DNA from: an uncultured delta proteobacterium
GTDB lineage: Bacteria > Myxococcota > Myxococcia > Myxococcales > Anaeromyxobacteraceae
Assembly: GCA_963828255.1 (NCBI GenBank)
Contig: CAWHDZ010000015.1
Location: forward strand, 172,531 to 236,530
Length of the DNA: 64,000 bases
Direction of reading: 5' to 3'
Part shown: piece after piece, positions 17,740 through 31,510 of the stretch
Position numbering within the stretch: position 1 is the stretch's first letter
Layout of the letters: every line of letters starts with the position of its first letter
The notes under the pieces: generated by a model
The model's database searches: none
The model's input: the letters and a program-made list of their open reading frames with translations, nothing else
Told to the model about the DNA's origin: nothing
Program-made: the position numbers and the translations under genes

Positions 17740-18080
17740 GCGCGAGCCCGGGCCACCGCAACCGCCGCCAGCGCAGGAACCGGCTCGTCCTCCGAGTGGC
17801 TCCGGCCGTCGGCCTCGACACGTGCGAACCAGCGCGCGGCGCGCCCCTTCAGCTCACGCCAGCGCTGGTCCTCCGGCGAGGCCCCGGGGATCGCGGCTCC
17901 GGAGGCGCGCGGCGACGCGGCCACCCTGCGGCCGAGCGCCCCGCGCTCGAAGACCTCGCCGTAGGCGGAGCAGAGGGTCCGCTTGCAGAACGGACACTGG
18001 TAGTAACGGGTGGGGGAGCCGGCGGCGCACCAGCTCGTCATCAGGACGCCGCACTGCGTGCACTCCACGAGCGATTCCAT
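17736..18080 (-). CDS. small zinc-ribbon protein
   Basis: CTQC...YYQCPFC two CxxC pairs. Confidence 0.7.
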   Translation of the reverse strand: MESLVECTQCGVLMTSWCAAGSPTRYYQCPFCKRTLCSAYGEVFERGALGRRVAASPRASGAAIPGASPEDQRWRELKGRAARWFARVEADGRSHSEDEPVPALAAVAVARARA

Positions 18081-18129
18081 TTGCCATCCGTTGATATCGG
18101 CCCATGATCCACCCGTCAAGAATCCAGCC

Positions 18130-19059
18130 ATGACCACTGCCGTGAGCATCGACGGAGTTCTCGTCCCGGCCGGGGAGGCCCGGGTCCCGGTCTTCGACCG
18201 CGGCTTCCTCTACGGCGACAGCGTCTACGAGGTGGTCCGCACCTACGACCTCGCGCCCTTCGAGCTCGCGGCCCACCTGGCGCGGCTGGCCGCCTCGGCG
18301 GAGCGGATCTTCCTGCCGCTCCCCTGGTCCGCACAGCGGCTCGAGCAGGAGATCCTGCGGGTCCTTCAGGCTTCCCGCGGCGACGACGAGGCCGATCCGG
18401 CCGCTGCGCCCTGGAACCGGGGTGAACGTTCCGTCCGGGTCGTCGTCACCCGCGGCAGCGGCGAGATGGGGCTCGATCCGGCCCTCGCCACACGGCCGCT
18501 GGTGGCCATCCTGGCGCTTCCCCTCCGCGGCCCGCCCCTCGCGGCGTACCGGGAGGGTGTATCGGCCTGGCCCTTCGGCGGTCCTGGCGCGCCCCTCCGG
18601 GGTGGCGACCCGGGCGCGAAGACCGGGGAGCACCTGTTCCATGTCCTCGCCATGCGGGAGGCCCGTGCCCACGAGGGGCACGAGGCGCTCCTCGTCGATC
18701 GGGGCGGCTGCGTGACCGAGGGAGCCAGCTCCAACGTGTTCGCGGTCCGCGGAGGGATCCTGGAGACGCCTCCCATCCAGGCCGGCATCCTGGCCGGAGT
18801 CACCCGGGCCCGCGTCATCGCGCTCGCCCGCGAGCTCGGCGTCGCGGTCCGGGAAGCGCCCCTTCCGCTCGCGTCCCTGAACGCCGCCGACGAGGCCTTC
18901 CTCACCTCGACGGTGCGGGAGATCCTGCCGCTCGTCCGGGTGGGGGACCGGGCCGTCGGGACGGGCGCGCCAGGACCCGTGACGGCCCGGATCCACGCTT
19001 CCTTCCGGTATCGCGCCGGCGGTGGTCACGAATCTGGAAAGGTCGCCGGCGGGGAGTAG
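18130..19059 (+). CDS. class IV aminotransferase (IlvE/PabC-like)
   Basis: FDRGFLYGDSVYEVVR, HLARLAASA, AKTG (PLP Lys), EGASSNVF, ILAGVTR, ADEAFLTST. Confidence 0.92.
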   Translation: MTTAVSIDGVLVPAGEARVPVFDRGFLYGDSVYEVVRTYDLAPFELAAHLARLAASAERIFLPLPWSAQRLEQEILRVLQASRGDDEADPAAAPWNRGERSVRVVVTRGSGEMGLDPALATRPLVAILALPLRGPPLAAYREGVSAWPFGGPGAPLRGGDPGAKTGEHLFHVLAMREARAHEGHEALLVDRGGCVTEGASSNVFAVRGGILETPPIQAGILAGVTRARVIALARELGVAVREAPLPLASLNAADEAFLTSTVREILPLVRVGDRAVGTGAPGPVTARIHASFRYRAGGGHESGKVAGGE

Positions 19060-19106
19060 ATTCGCCATCGGAGGTCGAGATGATCGGCGACGGCGACGAT
19101 TCGGGC

Positions 19107-19610
19107 ATGAGCAAGCGGAGGATGCGGAACTTCCTGGTGCACCCGGGAATCCAGCTCCGGCTCGTCAGCCACATGCTGCTCGTGGCGACCGCCATCGGCA
19201 GCGGACTCTCGGTGATGGTCTGGACCGCCGGGCAGGACGCCGGGCCCGGTCTCGTCCTGGGCGCCGCGCTCGCGGGAGCGGTCCCCGGCCTGCTCGTCCT
19301 CGCCGTCGTCCTCACGCACCGCGTGGCCGGGCCCGCGGTGGCGCTGGCCCACACCTGCCGCCGCGTGGGCGGCGGCGATCTCTCGTTGCCCCGCCCTCTC
19401 CGCCGCCGCGACCTCCTCGGCGACCTCGCCGACGAGGTGGCGCTGATGGTCGAGGGGCTCCGCGAGCAGGAGGCGGAGGAGCGGGCGCTGCTCGCCGACG
19501 CCGCCAACCGGCTCCGCCGCGCCGGGGAGTTCGCCGGCGGGAGCGACATCGCGACCCGCCTCGAGGTCCTGGCCGTCCGCAAGAGCCAGCGCCTCGGCCT
19601 CTTCGCGTGA
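19107..19610 (+). CDS. two-TM membrane protein with HAMP domain
   Basis: KRRMRNFLVHPGIQLR, two TM helices, THRVAGP...GGDLS...LRRRD.LGDLA. Confidence 0.75.
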   Translation: MSKRRMRNFLVHPGIQLRLVSHMLLVATAIGSGLSVMVWTAGQDAGPGLVLGAALAGAVPGLLVLAVVLTHRVAGPAVALAHTCRRVGGGDLSLPRPLRRRDLLGDLADEVALMVEGLREQEAEERALLADAANRLRRAGEFAGGSDIATRLEVLAVRKSQRLGLFA

Positions 19611-21253
19611 GTTCCGGGCTCCTGGCCGCCCTGGCGGCCGCCGGTGCGCTGGCGGCCGCGGCGACGCCGGAGGACCTCCCGCCACCCCTCCCACCTCCGC
19701 TGCTGGCCGCCGACCCGCTTCCGGGCGCCGATCCCGCGCCCGGAGATCCGCTGGAACGGCTCTGGAGCCACCGTCTCGACTTCGCGGGAGGGGAGCCGGT
19801 GATCGCCATCCGCATCCTGGAGCAGCGGGACGAGGTGGCGCTCTCGCCCCGCGGCGCCTCGGTGCTCGAGTTCCGCGGGGCGGCGCCGGTCCGGCTGCCC
19901 CCGGGGGCGAAGGTCCGCGCCCGCGTGCGGGGCGGCGTGCGCGCAGCGCTCTCCTGGAGCCCGCTGCTGGCCCAGTTCGAGTCGCGCGACCGGGCCGGGG
20001 TCCAGCGCGCCCGCGACCTCTGGGCCTCGCGCGGCGTCGCCACCCGCACCCGCGCCACCGGCGGCGTGTACGGGATCGCCGGCCACGTGATCGACAACCG
20101 GAGGACCCTGGTCCTCGCCGACGGCCCGTTCACCGAGGCGAGCGCCACCGACTTCGCCGCCGACGCCTGGCGGCGATGGGGCGAGCGGCCCGAGCCCACA
20201 CCGGAGGTCGAGACCCGTCCGTCCGGCGCCGTGGAGGTCCTGGGGAGCCGCGGCGAGGTGATCGGCAGCGGCGACCGGCTGGTGGTTCTCGACGGGCGAG
20301 GAGAGGCCGTCGCCGTGGACGGGCGCAGCTACCGGGGGACGCTCCAGCTCACGGTGGATGCGAACGGCCGGCTCGCCGTGGTCCTCCTGGTCGATCTCGA
20401 GCACCTCCTGCGCGGGCTCGTGCCGAGCGAGATGCCGGCCGGTTCGCCGGCCGAGGCGCTTCGGGCCCAGGCGGTCACGGCCCGATCCAACGTCCTCGCC
20501 CAGATCGGAACGCGCCACCTCGCCGACCCCTGGTCGATCTGCAGCGACGTCCACTGCCAGATGTACCGGGGCGAGGCGGCCCACGTGGCCAGCACGGACG
20601 CCGCCGTCCGGGCCACGCGGGGGGAGGCCCTCTTCGAGCTGCTCGGCGGGCGGCTCGTGGACGGGGTCTACTCGGCCATGTGCGGCGGGCACGGCGAGGA
20701 CAACGAGATGGTCTGGGGCGGCACCCCCAGCCCGAGCCTGCGGGGCCGCCCCGACCTCGGCGCTGCGGATGCCGCGGAGTGGGCCGGGGGGCTGTCGTCG
20801 GAGGGGAGGGTGGCGGCCTTCATCGCAGCGGCCCCCCCCGCCTGGTGCGCGCGTGCGCCGGGTGCGCGCCCCGACCGCTTCCGATGGGAACGGCGGCTTC
20901 CGCAGGCCGAGGTGGACCGCCTTCTCGCCCCGCTCGGGCTGGGGGAGATCGACGCCCTCGCGGTGGTGCGCCGGGGGACGTCCGGGCGCGCCGTCTCCCT
21001 GCGCGTGGACGGGGAGCGGGGGAGCGCCACGGTCCACGGGGAGCTGCGCATCCGGCGGCTGCTCGGCGACCTGCCCTCGGCCATGTTCGTGCTCGCGCCC
21101 CTCCCGGACGGGTGGTCGTTCCAGGGTGGCGGGTGGGGTCACGGCGTGGGCATGTGCCAGTGGGGCGCCATCGGGCGCGCCGCCGCCGGCCAGGAGCACC
21201 GGCGCATCCTGGGCGCCTACTTCTCCGGCGCCGGCGTGGCCCGCATCTACTAG
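19607..21253 (+). CDS. SpoIID/LytB-domain peptidoglycan lytic transglycosylase
   Basis: YRG.L, LEHLLRGLVPSEM...EALRAQAVTARS, CSDVHCQMY, GGGWGHGVGMCQWGA. Confidence 0.92.
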   Translation: MSSGLLAALAAAGALAAAATPEDLPPPLPPPLLAADPLPGADPAPGDPLERLWSHRLDFAGGEPVIAIRILEQRDEVALSPRGASVLEFRGAAPVRLPPGAKVRARVRGGVRAALSWSPLLAQFESRDRAGVQRARDLWASRGVATRTRATGGVYGIAGHVIDNRRTLVLADGPFTEASATDFAADAWRRWGERPEPTPEVETRPSGAVEVLGSRGEVIGSGDRLVVLDGRGEAVAVDGRSYRGTLQLTVDANGRLAVVLLVDLEHLLRGLVPSEMPAGSPAEALRAQAVTARSNVLAQIGTRHLADPWSICSDVHCQMYRGEAAHVASTDAAVRATRGEALFELLGGRLVDGVYSAMCGGHGEDNEMVWGGTPSPSLRGRPDLGAADAAEWAGGLSSEGRVAAFIAAAPPAWCARAPGARPDRFRWERRLPQAEVDRLLAPLGLGEIDALAVVRRGTSGRAVSLRVDGERGSATVHGELRIRRLLGDLPSAMFVLAPLPDGWSFQGGGWGHGVGMCQWGAIGRAAAGQEHRRILGAYFSGAGVARIY

Positions 21254-21290
21254 ACTGGCCCGACAAGCCGCTCCCCACCGGAGGCCCCAC

Positions 21291-22925
21291 ATGCGCGGAC
21301 TGATGATGGACTACGAGCTGACGCTGCTGCCGATCTTCGACCGTGCCGGGAGGTACTTCCCCGACGTCGAGCTCGTCTCCCGCTGGCCGGACAAGTCGAT
21401 CCAGCGTTCCACTTATGGTGAATTCCACAAGCGGGTGCAGAAGCTGGCCAACGCGCTGGTGCGCCTGGGGCTGAAGCCGGGCGACCGGGTCGCCACCCTG
21501 GGGTGGAACCACGCCCGCCACCTGGAGGCCTACTTCGCCATCCCGCTGGCCGGGGGCGTGCTGCACACCCTCAACCCGCGCCTCTCCGGCCAGGACCTGG
21601 CCTACATCATGAACCACGCCGAGGACCGATTCCTGCTCGTCGACGACGTGCTCCTGCCGGTGTACGAGCGCTTCCACAAGGACGTGAACCTGCGCGCGGT
21701 GGTGGTCTGGACCCACGGGCACGCGGCTCCGGACTTCGCCATCGACTACGAGCAGATGATCGAGCCCGAGATGAACTCCTTCGCCTTCCCGAACCTCGAG
21801 GAGGGGCAGGCGGCGGGGCTCTGCTACACGTCGGGAACCACCGGGAGGCCCAAGGGCGTCGTCTACTCCCACCGCGCCCTGGTCCTCCACTCCATGGTGT
21901 CGGCCCTGCCGGACGCGCTCGGCCTCTCCTGCGGCGACGCCATGCTGCCGGTGGTGCCCATGTTCCACGTCAACGCCTGGGGGCTTCCCTTCACTGCCAC
22001 CATGGTGGGCACGAAGCAGGTCTTCCCGGGGCCCCACCTGGACGCCAGGAGCCTGCTCGAGCTGTTCCAGAAGGAGAAGGTGACGCTCACCGCCGGCGTT
22101 CCCACCGTCTGGCTGGGCATCCTCGACGAGCTGGATCGCAACCCCGGCGTCTGGGACACCTCGTCGATCAAGGCCATGATCGTCGGGGGCGCGGCCGCGC
22201 CGAGGGCGATGATCGAGGGGTTCGACAAGCGGCACGGGCTCCGCGTCATCCACGCCTGGGGCATGACCGAGACCACACCGCTCGGCACCGTGGCCCGGTT
22301 GAAGCCCCACCTCGAGAAGGCCACCGAGGAGGAGCGGCTGCGCATGCGGTCCGCGCAGGGGATCCCGGTCCCCTTCGTCGAGACCCGGGTCGTCGGGGAG
22401 GACGGCGCGGTGCCGCCGGACGGAAGGTCCATGGGAGAGCTTCAGGTGCGCGGGCCCTGGGTGGCGAAGAGCTACTTCCAGAACCCGGCCGAGGCCGACA
22501 AGTTCACCATGGACGGTTGGTTCCGGACGGGAGACATCGTCACCGTGGACGGGGAGGGGTACGTCCGCATCACCGACCGCTCCAAGGACCTCATCAAGTC
22601 GGGCGGGGAGTGGATCAGCTCGGTGGACCTGGAGAACGCCCTCATGGGCCACCCTTCGGTGAAGGAGGCCGCGGTGGTGGCGGTGGCGCACCCGCGCTGG
22701 GGTGAGCGGCCGGTGGCCGCGGTCGTGCTGAAGGAAGGGGCGAAGGCCACGCCCCACGAGCTGACCGAGTACCTCACGCCCCTCTTCGCCCGCTACTGGC
22801 TGCCCGACGCCTTCGTCTACATGGACGCCATCCCGCGCAACGCCACCGGCAAGTTCCTCAAGTCGGCGCTGCGGGAACAGCTCAAGGACCACCGCTGGGA
22901 GGAGTCCCCGGTCCCGGGCCGCTGA
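21291..22925 (+). CDS. long/medium-chain fatty acid-CoA ligase (AlkK/ttLC-FACS-like)
   Basis: [54 protein letters not shown]. Confidence 0.93.
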   Translation: MRGLMMDYELTLLPIFDRAGRYFPDVELVSRWPDKSIQRSTYGEFHKRVQKLANALVRLGLKPGDRVATLGWNHARHLEAYFAIPLAGGVLHTLNPRLSGQDLAYIMNHAEDRFLLVDDVLLPVYERFHKDVNLRAVVVWTHGHAAPDFAIDYEQMIEPEMNSFAFPNLEEGQAAGLCYTSGTTGRPKGVVYSHRALVLHSMVSALPDALGLSCGDAMLPVVPMFHVNAWGLPFTATMVGTKQVFPGPHLDARSLLELFQKEKVTLTAGVPTVWLGILDELDRNPGVWDTSSIKAMIVGGAAAPRAMIEGFDKRHGLRVIHAWGMTETTPLGTVARLKPHLEKATEEERLRMRSAQGIPVPFVETRVVGEDGAVPPDGRSMGELQVRGPWVAKSYFQNPAEADKFTMDGWFRTGDIVTVDGEGYVRITDRSKDLIKSGGEWISSVDLENALMGHPSVKEAAVVAVAHPRWGERPVAAVVLKEGAKATPHELTEYLTPLFARYWLPDAFVYMDAIPRNATGKFLKSALREQLKDHRWEESPVPGR

Positions 22926-23193
22926 CGTCCCCGCCACCGGCGTCCGCGCCGCCCAGGTGCAGGCTGTGGCGCCGCTCCCGGCGCCGCGACTGCCAGGCCA
23001 CCACGCCGGCCGTGAGCAGCGCGAGCAGCCCCACGAGCGCCATCACCAGCGCGAGCCGCTCGCCCAGCACCCGATCGGCGCCGGCCTGCGTCAGGGCCGC
23101 GCTCCGGGTCTCGAGCGCGCGCCACACCATGAACCCGCCCCCGACCAGGAGGAGGGCCACCCGCAAGAGGAGACGCCCGCGCGAGATCCGCAC
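22882..23193 (-). CDS. small two-TM hypothetical membrane protein
   Basis: Two hydrophobic helices; fills the gap between the CoA ligase and sdhB. Confidence 0.6.
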   Translation of the reverse strand: MRISRGRLLLRVALLLVGGGFMVWRALETRSAALTQAGADRVLGERLALVMALVGLLALLTAGVVAWQSRRRERRHSLHLGGADAGGGDVSGPGPGTPPSGGP

Positions 23194-23225
23194 GGGCGTC
23201 CTCTACCGCAGCCTCACGCCGGGGT

Positions 23226-23992
23226 CTAGCCGCCGCCGCCGGCCGCTTCCTCGCGGAAGGTGAGGGTCCCGGCCAGGTAGTCCTTGTTCATGCGGGCGAT
23301 GAAGTCGAGCTTCAGCCCCTTGGGGCAGGCCTCGGCGCAGGCGCCGATGACCGTGCAGCCGCCGAACCCCTCGTCGGAGTGGCGGGTCACCATGTTGAGG
23401 GCGCGCTGCTTCCGCTCCGGCTCGCCCTGGGGCAGGAGCCCGAGGTGCGAGATCTTCCCGCCCGTGAAGAGCGAGGCCGAGGCATTGGGGCAGGCCGCCA
23501 CGCAGGCGCCGCATCCGATGCAGGATGCGGCGTCCATGGACAGGTCCGACTCCTTCTTGCCCACCAGGATGCTGTTGGCGTCGCGGGGGCCGCCGGCGTT
23601 GATGGAGACGTACCCGCCCGCCATGACGATGCGGTCGAGCGCGCTGCGGTCGATGGCCAGGTCCTTGATGATCGGGAAGGCCTTGGCCCGGAAGGGCTCG
23701 AGCCGCAGGGTCTCCCCGTCGTGGAAGTGGCGCATGTGCAGCTGGCACACCGTGGTGAGGGGCTGCGGCCCGTGCGGGTAACCGTTGACCACGAAGCCGC
23801 ACATGCCGCAGATGCCCTCGCGGCAGTCGCTGTCGAAGGCCACGGGCTCCTCGCCCTTGCCGATGAGCTCCTGGTTGAGCACGTCGAGCATCTCCAGGAA
23901 CGACATGTGCTCGCTGACCTCGGGGAGGTCGTAGCGGGCGAAGCGGCCGGCGTCCTGGGCGTCCTTCTGGCGCCAGATCTCGAGCGTCAGTC

Positions 23993-23996
<4 letters not shown>
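23226..23996 (-). CDS. sdhB: succinate dehydrogenase/fumarate reductase iron-sulfur subunit
   Basis: [44 protein letters not shown] overlap with sdhA. Confidence 0.95.
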
Positions 23997-25909
<1,913 letters not shown>

Positions 25910-25920
25910 CCGTGTCACCT

Positions 25921-26628
25921 CTAGAGGCGGATCAGGCCGGTGACGACGCCGGCCGGAATGGTGAGATAGGCGATGGAGAGGAAGACGCCGACGAGAAGGG
26001 CGACCTTCATGATGGTCGGGGTCCAGAGCGGCTGCCGGAACCCGAGGGACTGCCACAGGGAGTAGAGCCCGTGGGACAGGTGGAACCCGAGGCCGACGAT
26101 GGAGGCCGAGTAGAAGATCACCTTGCCCCAGTTCCGGAAGGTGCCGACCAGGTTCTGGTAGGCCTCGCCCTCCACGAACCCGGAGTGGACGAAGGCGGCG
26201 CCCAGGGTGAGGTCGAGCAGGTGGAAGACCAGGAAGCCCAGCGTGAGCAGGCCGGTCCAGATCATGGTCTTCGAGGACGGGGTGGCCGGGTTGGCCAGCG
26301 GCACGCGGTAGGGCTGCGGGCGGGCCTCGCGCGAGCGCAGCCAGAGCTGGATGCCGGCCGTGGCGTGGAGGATGAGGGCCGCCAGCATGATGATGCGCGT
26401 GGGCCAGACGATGGCCTTGGTGTTCTGCAGGAACTGGGCGTAGGCGTTGAACTTCGCCGCGCCCTGGAACGCCTGCATGTTGCCGAGGAGGTGGCCGACG
26501 ACGAAGGTGAACAGGAGGATGCCGGTCACGGCGGAGACGAACTTCTTTCCGACCTGGCTCTGCCAGAAGACGGCGAGCCGGGAGACCTTGACCGGCGCTG
26601 CGGTGCTGGCGGTTGCGACGCTCATCAT
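25921..26628 (-). CDS. sdhC: succinate dehydrogenase cytochrome b558 subunit (single-subunit diheme anchor)
   Basis: [13 protein letters not shown]...GHLLGN, LH, FH, FHLSHG; about five TM helices. Confidence 0.92.
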   Translation of the reverse strand: MMSVATASTAAPVKVSRLAVFWQSQVGKKFVSAVTGILLFTFVVGHLLGNMQAFQGAAKFNAYAQFLQNTKAIVWPTRIIMLAALILHATAGIQLWLRSREARPQPYRVPLANPATPSSKTMIWTGLLTLGFLVFHLLDLTLGAAFVHSGFVEGEAYQNLVGTFRNWGKVIFYSASIVGLGFHLSHGLYSLWQSLGFRQPLWTPTIMKVALLVGVFLSIAYLTIPAGVVTGLIRL

Positions 26629-26866
26629 CACCCCTCTGGGGCTGAAGGTGACACCGTCCTGGTCTCGATCCGCCGGGCGGCGGAGGTTCTCGGGCGCGAG
26701 CCGGGGCGATTGGGGCGGCGATTCTACGCATCGGCACCATGCGAAGGAAGAAGAATTGCGCCCAAATAAAGGGGACGAAATCGGTCCGTTTTCTGTGAGT
26801 GAATGACGCAGCGAATCACCCGGAATGCGCTCCACCTCCGCGGCCAGGAACGCTAGATTCGACGCG

Positions 26867-27448
26867 GTGAAGGACATCTGCGTCTTCTGCGGCTCGGCGA
26901 ACGGCCGGCGTCCCTCCTACGCCCGGGCGGCCCGCGCCTTCGGGGCGGCGCTGGCCGGAAAGGGGTACGGCCTCGTCTACGGGGGGGGCAGCATCGGTCT
27001 CATGGGCGTGGTGGCCGACGCCGCGATGGAGGGGGGCGCCTCGGCCGTCGGGGTGATCCCCCGCGCGCTCTTCCGGCGGGAGATCGCCCACCACGGTCTC
27101 ACCCGGCTGGAGGTGGTCCCTTCCATGCACGCCCGGAAGGCCCGGATGGCCCGGCTCTCCGACGCATTCGTGGCCCTGCCGGGCGGCATCGGCACGCTGG
27201 AGGAGCTCTTCGAGGTCCTGACCTGGGGTTACCTGGGGATCCACGCCAAGCCCACCGGCCTCCTCGACGTGGGCGGGTACTGGCGGCCGCTCATCCGCCT
27301 CCTCGACCACGCGGTGGAGGAGGGATTCCTGCGCCCCGCCCACCGGAAGCTGGTGGTGGTGGATCGAAGCCCGGCCCGCCTCCTCGAGCGGCTGGCAAGG
27401 CACCGGATCCCCCCATCGACCCGCTGGATCGACGAGAAGGAGACCTAG
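26867..27448 (+). CDS. LOG family nucleotide 5'-monophosphate nucleosidase (TIGR00730)
   Basis: [33 protein letters not shown]. Confidence 0.93.
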   Translation: MKDICVFCGSANGRRPSYARAARAFGAALAGKGYGLVYGGGSIGLMGVVADAAMEGGASAVGVIPRALFRREIAHHGLTRLEVVPSMHARKARMARLSDAFVALPGGIGTLEELFEVLTWGYLGIHAKPTGLLDVGGYWRPLIRLLDHAVEEGFLRPAHRKLVVVDRSPARLLERLARHRIPPSTRWIDEKET

Positions 27449-29964
27449 CGATCGAGGTCGAGCCCGCGCAGCCGCAGCGCGTTCAGGATGACGGTCACCG
27501 AGCTCACGCTCATGGCGGCGCTGGCGATCATGGGGGACAGAAGCAGGCCGGTGAACGGGTAGAGCACCCCGGCCGCCAGCGGTACACCCAGGGTGTTGTA
27601 GGCGAAGGCCCAGAAGAGGTTCTGGCGGATGTTGCGCATGGTCCCGCGGGAGAGGCGCCGGGCCCGCAAGAGCCCCGTCATCTCCCCCCTCACCAGCGTG
27701 ATCCCGGCGGTCTCCATGGCCACGTCGGTCCCGGTCCCCATGGCCACGCCCACGCTGGCGGCCGCCAGCGCCGGGGCGTCGTTCACGCCGTCCCCGGCCA
27801 TGGCGACGATGCGCCCCTCCGCGAGGTACCGGGCCACCACCTCGCCCTTGGCTGCGGGGAGCACCCCGGCCTCGACGCGCGAGATGCCGACCTCGCGGGC
27901 CACCGCCTCAGCGGTGGTGCGGGCGTCGCCGGTCAGCATCACCACCTCGACCCCGTCGGCGACGAGGGCGGCGATCGCGCCGGCGGCGCCCGGCTTCACC
28001 GGGTCGCGCACCTCGAGCAGGCCGGCCGCCCGCCCGTCCACGGCCACCAGCACCACGGTTCCGCCCTCGCGCCGCACCACCTCCGCGCGGGCCTCGAGGG
28101 TTCCGGCGTCGATGCCCAGGTCGCGGAGCAGGGCGGCGGTGCCGACGGCGACGCTCCTCCCCCCGACATCCCCCTCCACCCCGAGTCCGGGCCGGTATCC
28201 GAACCGGGCCGCCGCCTCCGGGTCGATCCCTCGCCCACGCGCCCCGGCCAGGATGGCCGCCGCGAGCGGGTGCTCGCTCCCCCGCTCGAGGCCGGCGGCG
28301 AGGCGCAGCAGCTCCTCCTCCGACGTGCCCGCACCGGACTCGATCCGCGCCAGCACGGGTTTCCCCACGGTGAGGGTCCCGGTCTTGTCGATGAGCAGCA
28401 GGTCCACCTTGCCGAAGGTCTCAAGGGCCTCGGCGCTCCGCACCAGGATTCCGGCGCCGGCCCCGCGCGCCGTGCCGACCATGATGGCCATGGGGGTGGC
28501 GAGTCCCAGAGCGCACGGGCAGGCGATGATGAGCACGGCCACGGCGTTCACGAGCGCGTAGGCGAGGCGGGGCTCCGGCCCCCAGAGCGCCCAGGCCGCG
28601 AACGCCGCCAGGGCCGACGCCACCACCGCCGGGACGAACCAGCCCGCCACCGCGTCGGCGAGCCGCTGCACCGGGGCGCGGCTGCGCTGCGCCTCCCCGA
28701 CCATGCGGACGATCTGGGCGAGCAGCGCGTCCTTGCCGACCCGCTCGGCCCGCATGACGAAGCTGCCGTTGCCGTTCACCGTGCCGCCGGTGACCCTCTC
28801 GCCCGCTCCCTTCTCCACCGGGATGGGCTCGCCGGTCACCATCGACTCGTCCACCGACGAGCGCCCCTCGACGACCGAGCCGTCCACGGGGACCTTCTCG
28901 CCGGGGCGAACGCGAAGGAGCATGCCGGGCGCGACCTCGGCCACCGGCACCTCCTCGTCGCGTCCGTCGTCCTGCACGCGCAGCGCGCTCTTCGGGGAGA
29001 GGCCGAGCAGCGCCTTGATGGCCCCCGAGACCCGCCCGCGCGCCTGCAGCTCGAGGATCTGCCCGAGCAGCACCAGCGCGACGATGACCGCGGCCGACTC
29101 GAAGTAGACCGGGACGGCCCCTCCGTGGTCGCGGAAGGCCGGCGGGAACCAGGAGGCCGGCAGCACCGTGGCCACGGCGCTGAAGAGCCAGGCCGCCCCC
29201 GTGCCCAGGCCGATGAGGGTGAACATGTTGAGGTGGCCCGTGCGCAACGAGAGCCAGGCCCGCTCGAAGAAGGGCCAGCCACCCCAGAGCACCACCGGCG
29301 CGGATGCGACGAGCTGCAGCCAGGCGAGAGGCCGGGCGCCGAAGAGCCGGGTCACCGGGTGGCCGGGCAGCAGCATGTCGGCCATGGAGAGGTTGAAGAC
29401 GAAGAGCACCGGCACGAAGGAGAGCCAGAAGCGCCGGGTCATGTTCTCGAGCTCGGGGTTGCGCTCGTCGGCGAGCGGCATCCCGCCCACCGCCAGGGGC
29501 TCGAGCGCCATTCCGCAGATGGGGCAGGGGACCGGGGATTTCTCCTTCACCTCCGGATCCATCGGGCAGACCCAGATGATGTCGGCGCCTGGCACCGCCA
29601 CCGGCGGCGCCTCCATGCCCTTCGGTCCACCCGAGAGGAAGCTCTCCGGGTCGGCGCTGAACCGCTCCCGGCACCGCATGCTGCAGAAGTGGTAGGCCTT
29701 CCCGGCGTGCTCGTGGGTTCCGCCCCGCGGCGCGAAGGGATTCGCATCCATCCCGCAGACGGGGTCCTTCGCCAGGAACGCGTCCGGGTCGGCGGCGAAC
29801 CGCTCCCGGCAGGCGTCGGCGCAGAAGGCGTACTGGAACCGGCCGTGAAGGAAGGTCCCGCCGGGCGGGCGGGTGACGTCCACCCCGGCGCCGCAGACGG
29901 GATCGCGAGGCTGCGGCGGGGCCGGGGGCTTCGCCGCGGGCGGGGCGGGGGACGATTGGCGCAT
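27445..29964 (-). CDS. copA: Cu(I)/Ag(I)-exporting P1B-type ATPase with two N-terminal YHS/TRASH domains
   Basis: DPVCG...FC...C twice, [36 protein letters not shown]...P, MSVSS. Confidence 0.93.
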   Translation of the reverse strand: MRQSSPAPPAAKPPAPPQPRDPVCGAGVDVTRPPGGTFLHGRFQYAFCADACRERFAADPDAFLAKDPVCGMDANPFAPRGGTHEHAGKAYHFCSMRCRERFSADPESFLSGGPKGMEAPPVAVPGADIIWVCPMDPEVKEKSPVPCPICGMALEPLAVGGMPLADERNPELENMTRRFWLSFVPVLFVFNLSMADMLLPGHPVTRLFGARPLAWLQLVASAPVVLWGGWPFFERAWLSLRTGHLNMFTLIGLGTGAAWLFSAVATVLPASWFPPAFRDHGGAVPVYFESAAVIVALVLLGQILELQARGRVSGAIKALLGLSPKSALRVQDDGRDEEVPVAEVAPGMLLRVRPGEKVPVDGSVVEGRSSVDESMVTGEPIPVEKGAGERVTGGTVNGNGSFVMRAERVGKDALLAQIVRMVGEAQRSRAPVQRLADAVAGWFVPAVVASALAAFAAWALWGPEPRLAYALVNAVAVLIIACPCALGLATPMAIMVGTARGAGAGILVRSAEALETFGKVDLLLIDKTGTLTVGKPVLARIESGAGTSEEELLRLAAGLERGSEHPLAAAILAGARGRGIDPEAAARFGYRPGLGVEGDVGGRSVAVGTAALLRDLGIDAGTLEARAEVVRREGGTVVLVAVDGRAAGLLEVRDPVKPGAAGAIAALVADGVEVVMLTGDARTTAEAVAREVGISRVEAGVLPAAKGEVVARYLAEGRIVAMAGDGVNDAPALAAASVGVAMGTGTDVAMETAGITLVRGEMTGLLRARRLSRGTMRNIRQNLFWAFAYNTLGVPLAAGVLYPFTGLLLSPMIASAAMSVSSVTVILNALRLRGLDLDR

Positions 29965-30133
29965 CGGTGGTTCCTTACCGCGGGAAGGCGAGGGCCGCGC
30001 GGTCCGAGTGAGAGCCGGCCGGACCGGGTACGATTCCCAGGCGCGCGGCTGCATCACGCGCCACTTCGCTTGTGCCCGTCCCGGGACGACACATGATGAG
30101 GGCGGAAGAAGCACAGACGAGAAGGAGGTCGCC

Positions 30134-30286
30134 ATGTTGTGGACCATCGTGGTCATCTTGTTCGTCCTCTGGTTGCTCGGTCTCGCAACCTCCTACACCC
30201 TGGGCGGATTCATCCACCTCCTGCTGGTCCTGGCGGTCGTGGTCGTCCTGGTCCGGGTGCTGCAGGGGCGGCGCGCCCTGGGTTGA
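30134..30286 (+). CDS. lmo0937-family small membrane protein
   Basis: [16 protein letters not shown]...[21 protein letters not shown]. Confidence 0.88.
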   Translation: MLWTIVVILFVLWLLGLATSYTLGGFIHLLLVLAVVVVLVRVLQGRRALG

Positions 30287-30370
30287 CCCGAGCGTCATCG
30301 ATCGGGTCAACCCCGATAGCCCACCCGTTCCCGGGCGCGGAGGCGGACATTTGATGGCCTTCCGGCTCGC

Positions 30371-31486
30371 ATGAACGAACGCATCGACCTCCCCCGCGGG
30401 ACGCGGTTCCTCGTCATCGCGGCCACGCTCGTGGTCATCGTCTCGGGCATCCACCAGGCACAGTCGGTCCTGGCGTCGCTCCTCGTCGCCGTCTTCCTCT
30501 CCATGCTCGGGACACCGCCCGTGCTCTGGCTCGAGCGCAAGCGCATCCCGACCCTCGTATCGGTCCTGCTGGTGGTGGCGGCCATGGTCGCCATCCTGCT
30601 CGCCGCCGGGGCGATCGTGGGCGCGTCGGTGAACAGCTTCTCCGCGGAAATGCCCGCGTACCAGTCTCGAATGCAGGAGAAGGTTTCGGCGCTCCTGGCC
30701 TTCCTCGAGACCAAGGGCGTGCGGCGAATGGACAAGGTCCTGCTCGAGTACCTCAACCCGGGTGCGGTGATGGAACTGACGTCCCGCCTGCTGGCCGGGC
30801 TTGGCCTGGCGCTCTCGAACATCGTCCTGATCCTGCTCACCACGACCTTCATCCTGCTGGAAGCCTCGAGCTTCCCCGCCAAGATCCGCAACGTGCTCGG
30901 CCATCCGCAGCAGGCATTCCCACAGGTCACCGTCTTCGTGGCCGACCTGGAGCGGTACATGGTCATCAAGACCGGCATCAGCCTGGCCACGGGGATCCTC
31001 GTCGGGACGTGGCTGGCGATCCTCGGCGTGGACTTCCCGGTGCTCTGGGGGTTCCTGGCGTTCCTGCTCAACTACGTGCCGAGCGTCGGCTCCACCATCG
31101 CCGCAATTCCCGCGGTCCTGCTCGCGTACGTGCAACTGGGATTCGGTCGCGCCCTGCTTGCGACCGCGGGGTACATGTCGATCAACTTCCTGCTCGACAA
31201 CGTGGTCGAGATGAAGCTCATGGGACGAAGGCTTCACCTGTCGACGCTGGTGGTGTTTCTCTCCCTGATGTTCTGGGGAAGCCTGCTGGGCCTCGTCGGC
31301 ATGATTCTCTGCATCCCGCTCACGATGACCGCGAAGTTCGCGTGCGAGAACAACCAGGGTACGCGATGGATCGCCGTGCTCCTCGGACCGCAGGCCGGTC
31401 CGGAAGTCTCTCCCGCGGAGACGGCCGAATCTCCGGCTCCACGTCCGACGGACCCGACGGGCGAGAGCGATGGCAGGACGACGTAG
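30371..31486 (+). CDS. AI-2E family (TqsA-like) transporter
   Basis: Multiple TM; RYMVIKTGISLATG, LAFLLNYVPSVG, SLMFWG.LLG..GM.LC.PLT. Confidence 0.9.
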   Translation: MNERIDLPRGTRFLVIAATLVVIVSGIHQAQSVLASLLVAVFLSMLGTPPVLWLERKRIPTLVSVLLVVAAMVAILLAAGAIVGASVNSFSAEMPAYQSRMQEKVSALLAFLETKGVRRMDKVLLEYLNPGAVMELTSRLLAGLGLALSNIVLILLTTTFILLEASSFPAKIRNVLGHPQQAFPQVTVFVADLERYMVIKTGISLATGILVGTWLAILGVDFPVLWGFLAFLLNYVPSVGSTIAAIPAVLLAYVQLGFGRALLATAGYMSINFLLDNVVEMKLMGRRLHLSTLVVFLSLMFWGSLLGLVGMILCIPLTMTAKFACENNQGTRWIAVLLGPQAGPEVSPAETAESPAPRPTDPTGESDGRTT

Positions 31487-31510
31487 GGAAGCCCCGCACG
31501 ACTCCTTCGC

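Noticed and set aside
26740..26830. CRP/FNR-like site in the AT-rich sdhC-LOG intergenic region
   Set aside because: Only a TGTGA half-site; no convincing palindrome
30035..30055. Sigma54 promoter upstream of the lmo0937-family gene
   Set aside because: GG-to-GC spacing is 9 nt rather than the required 10
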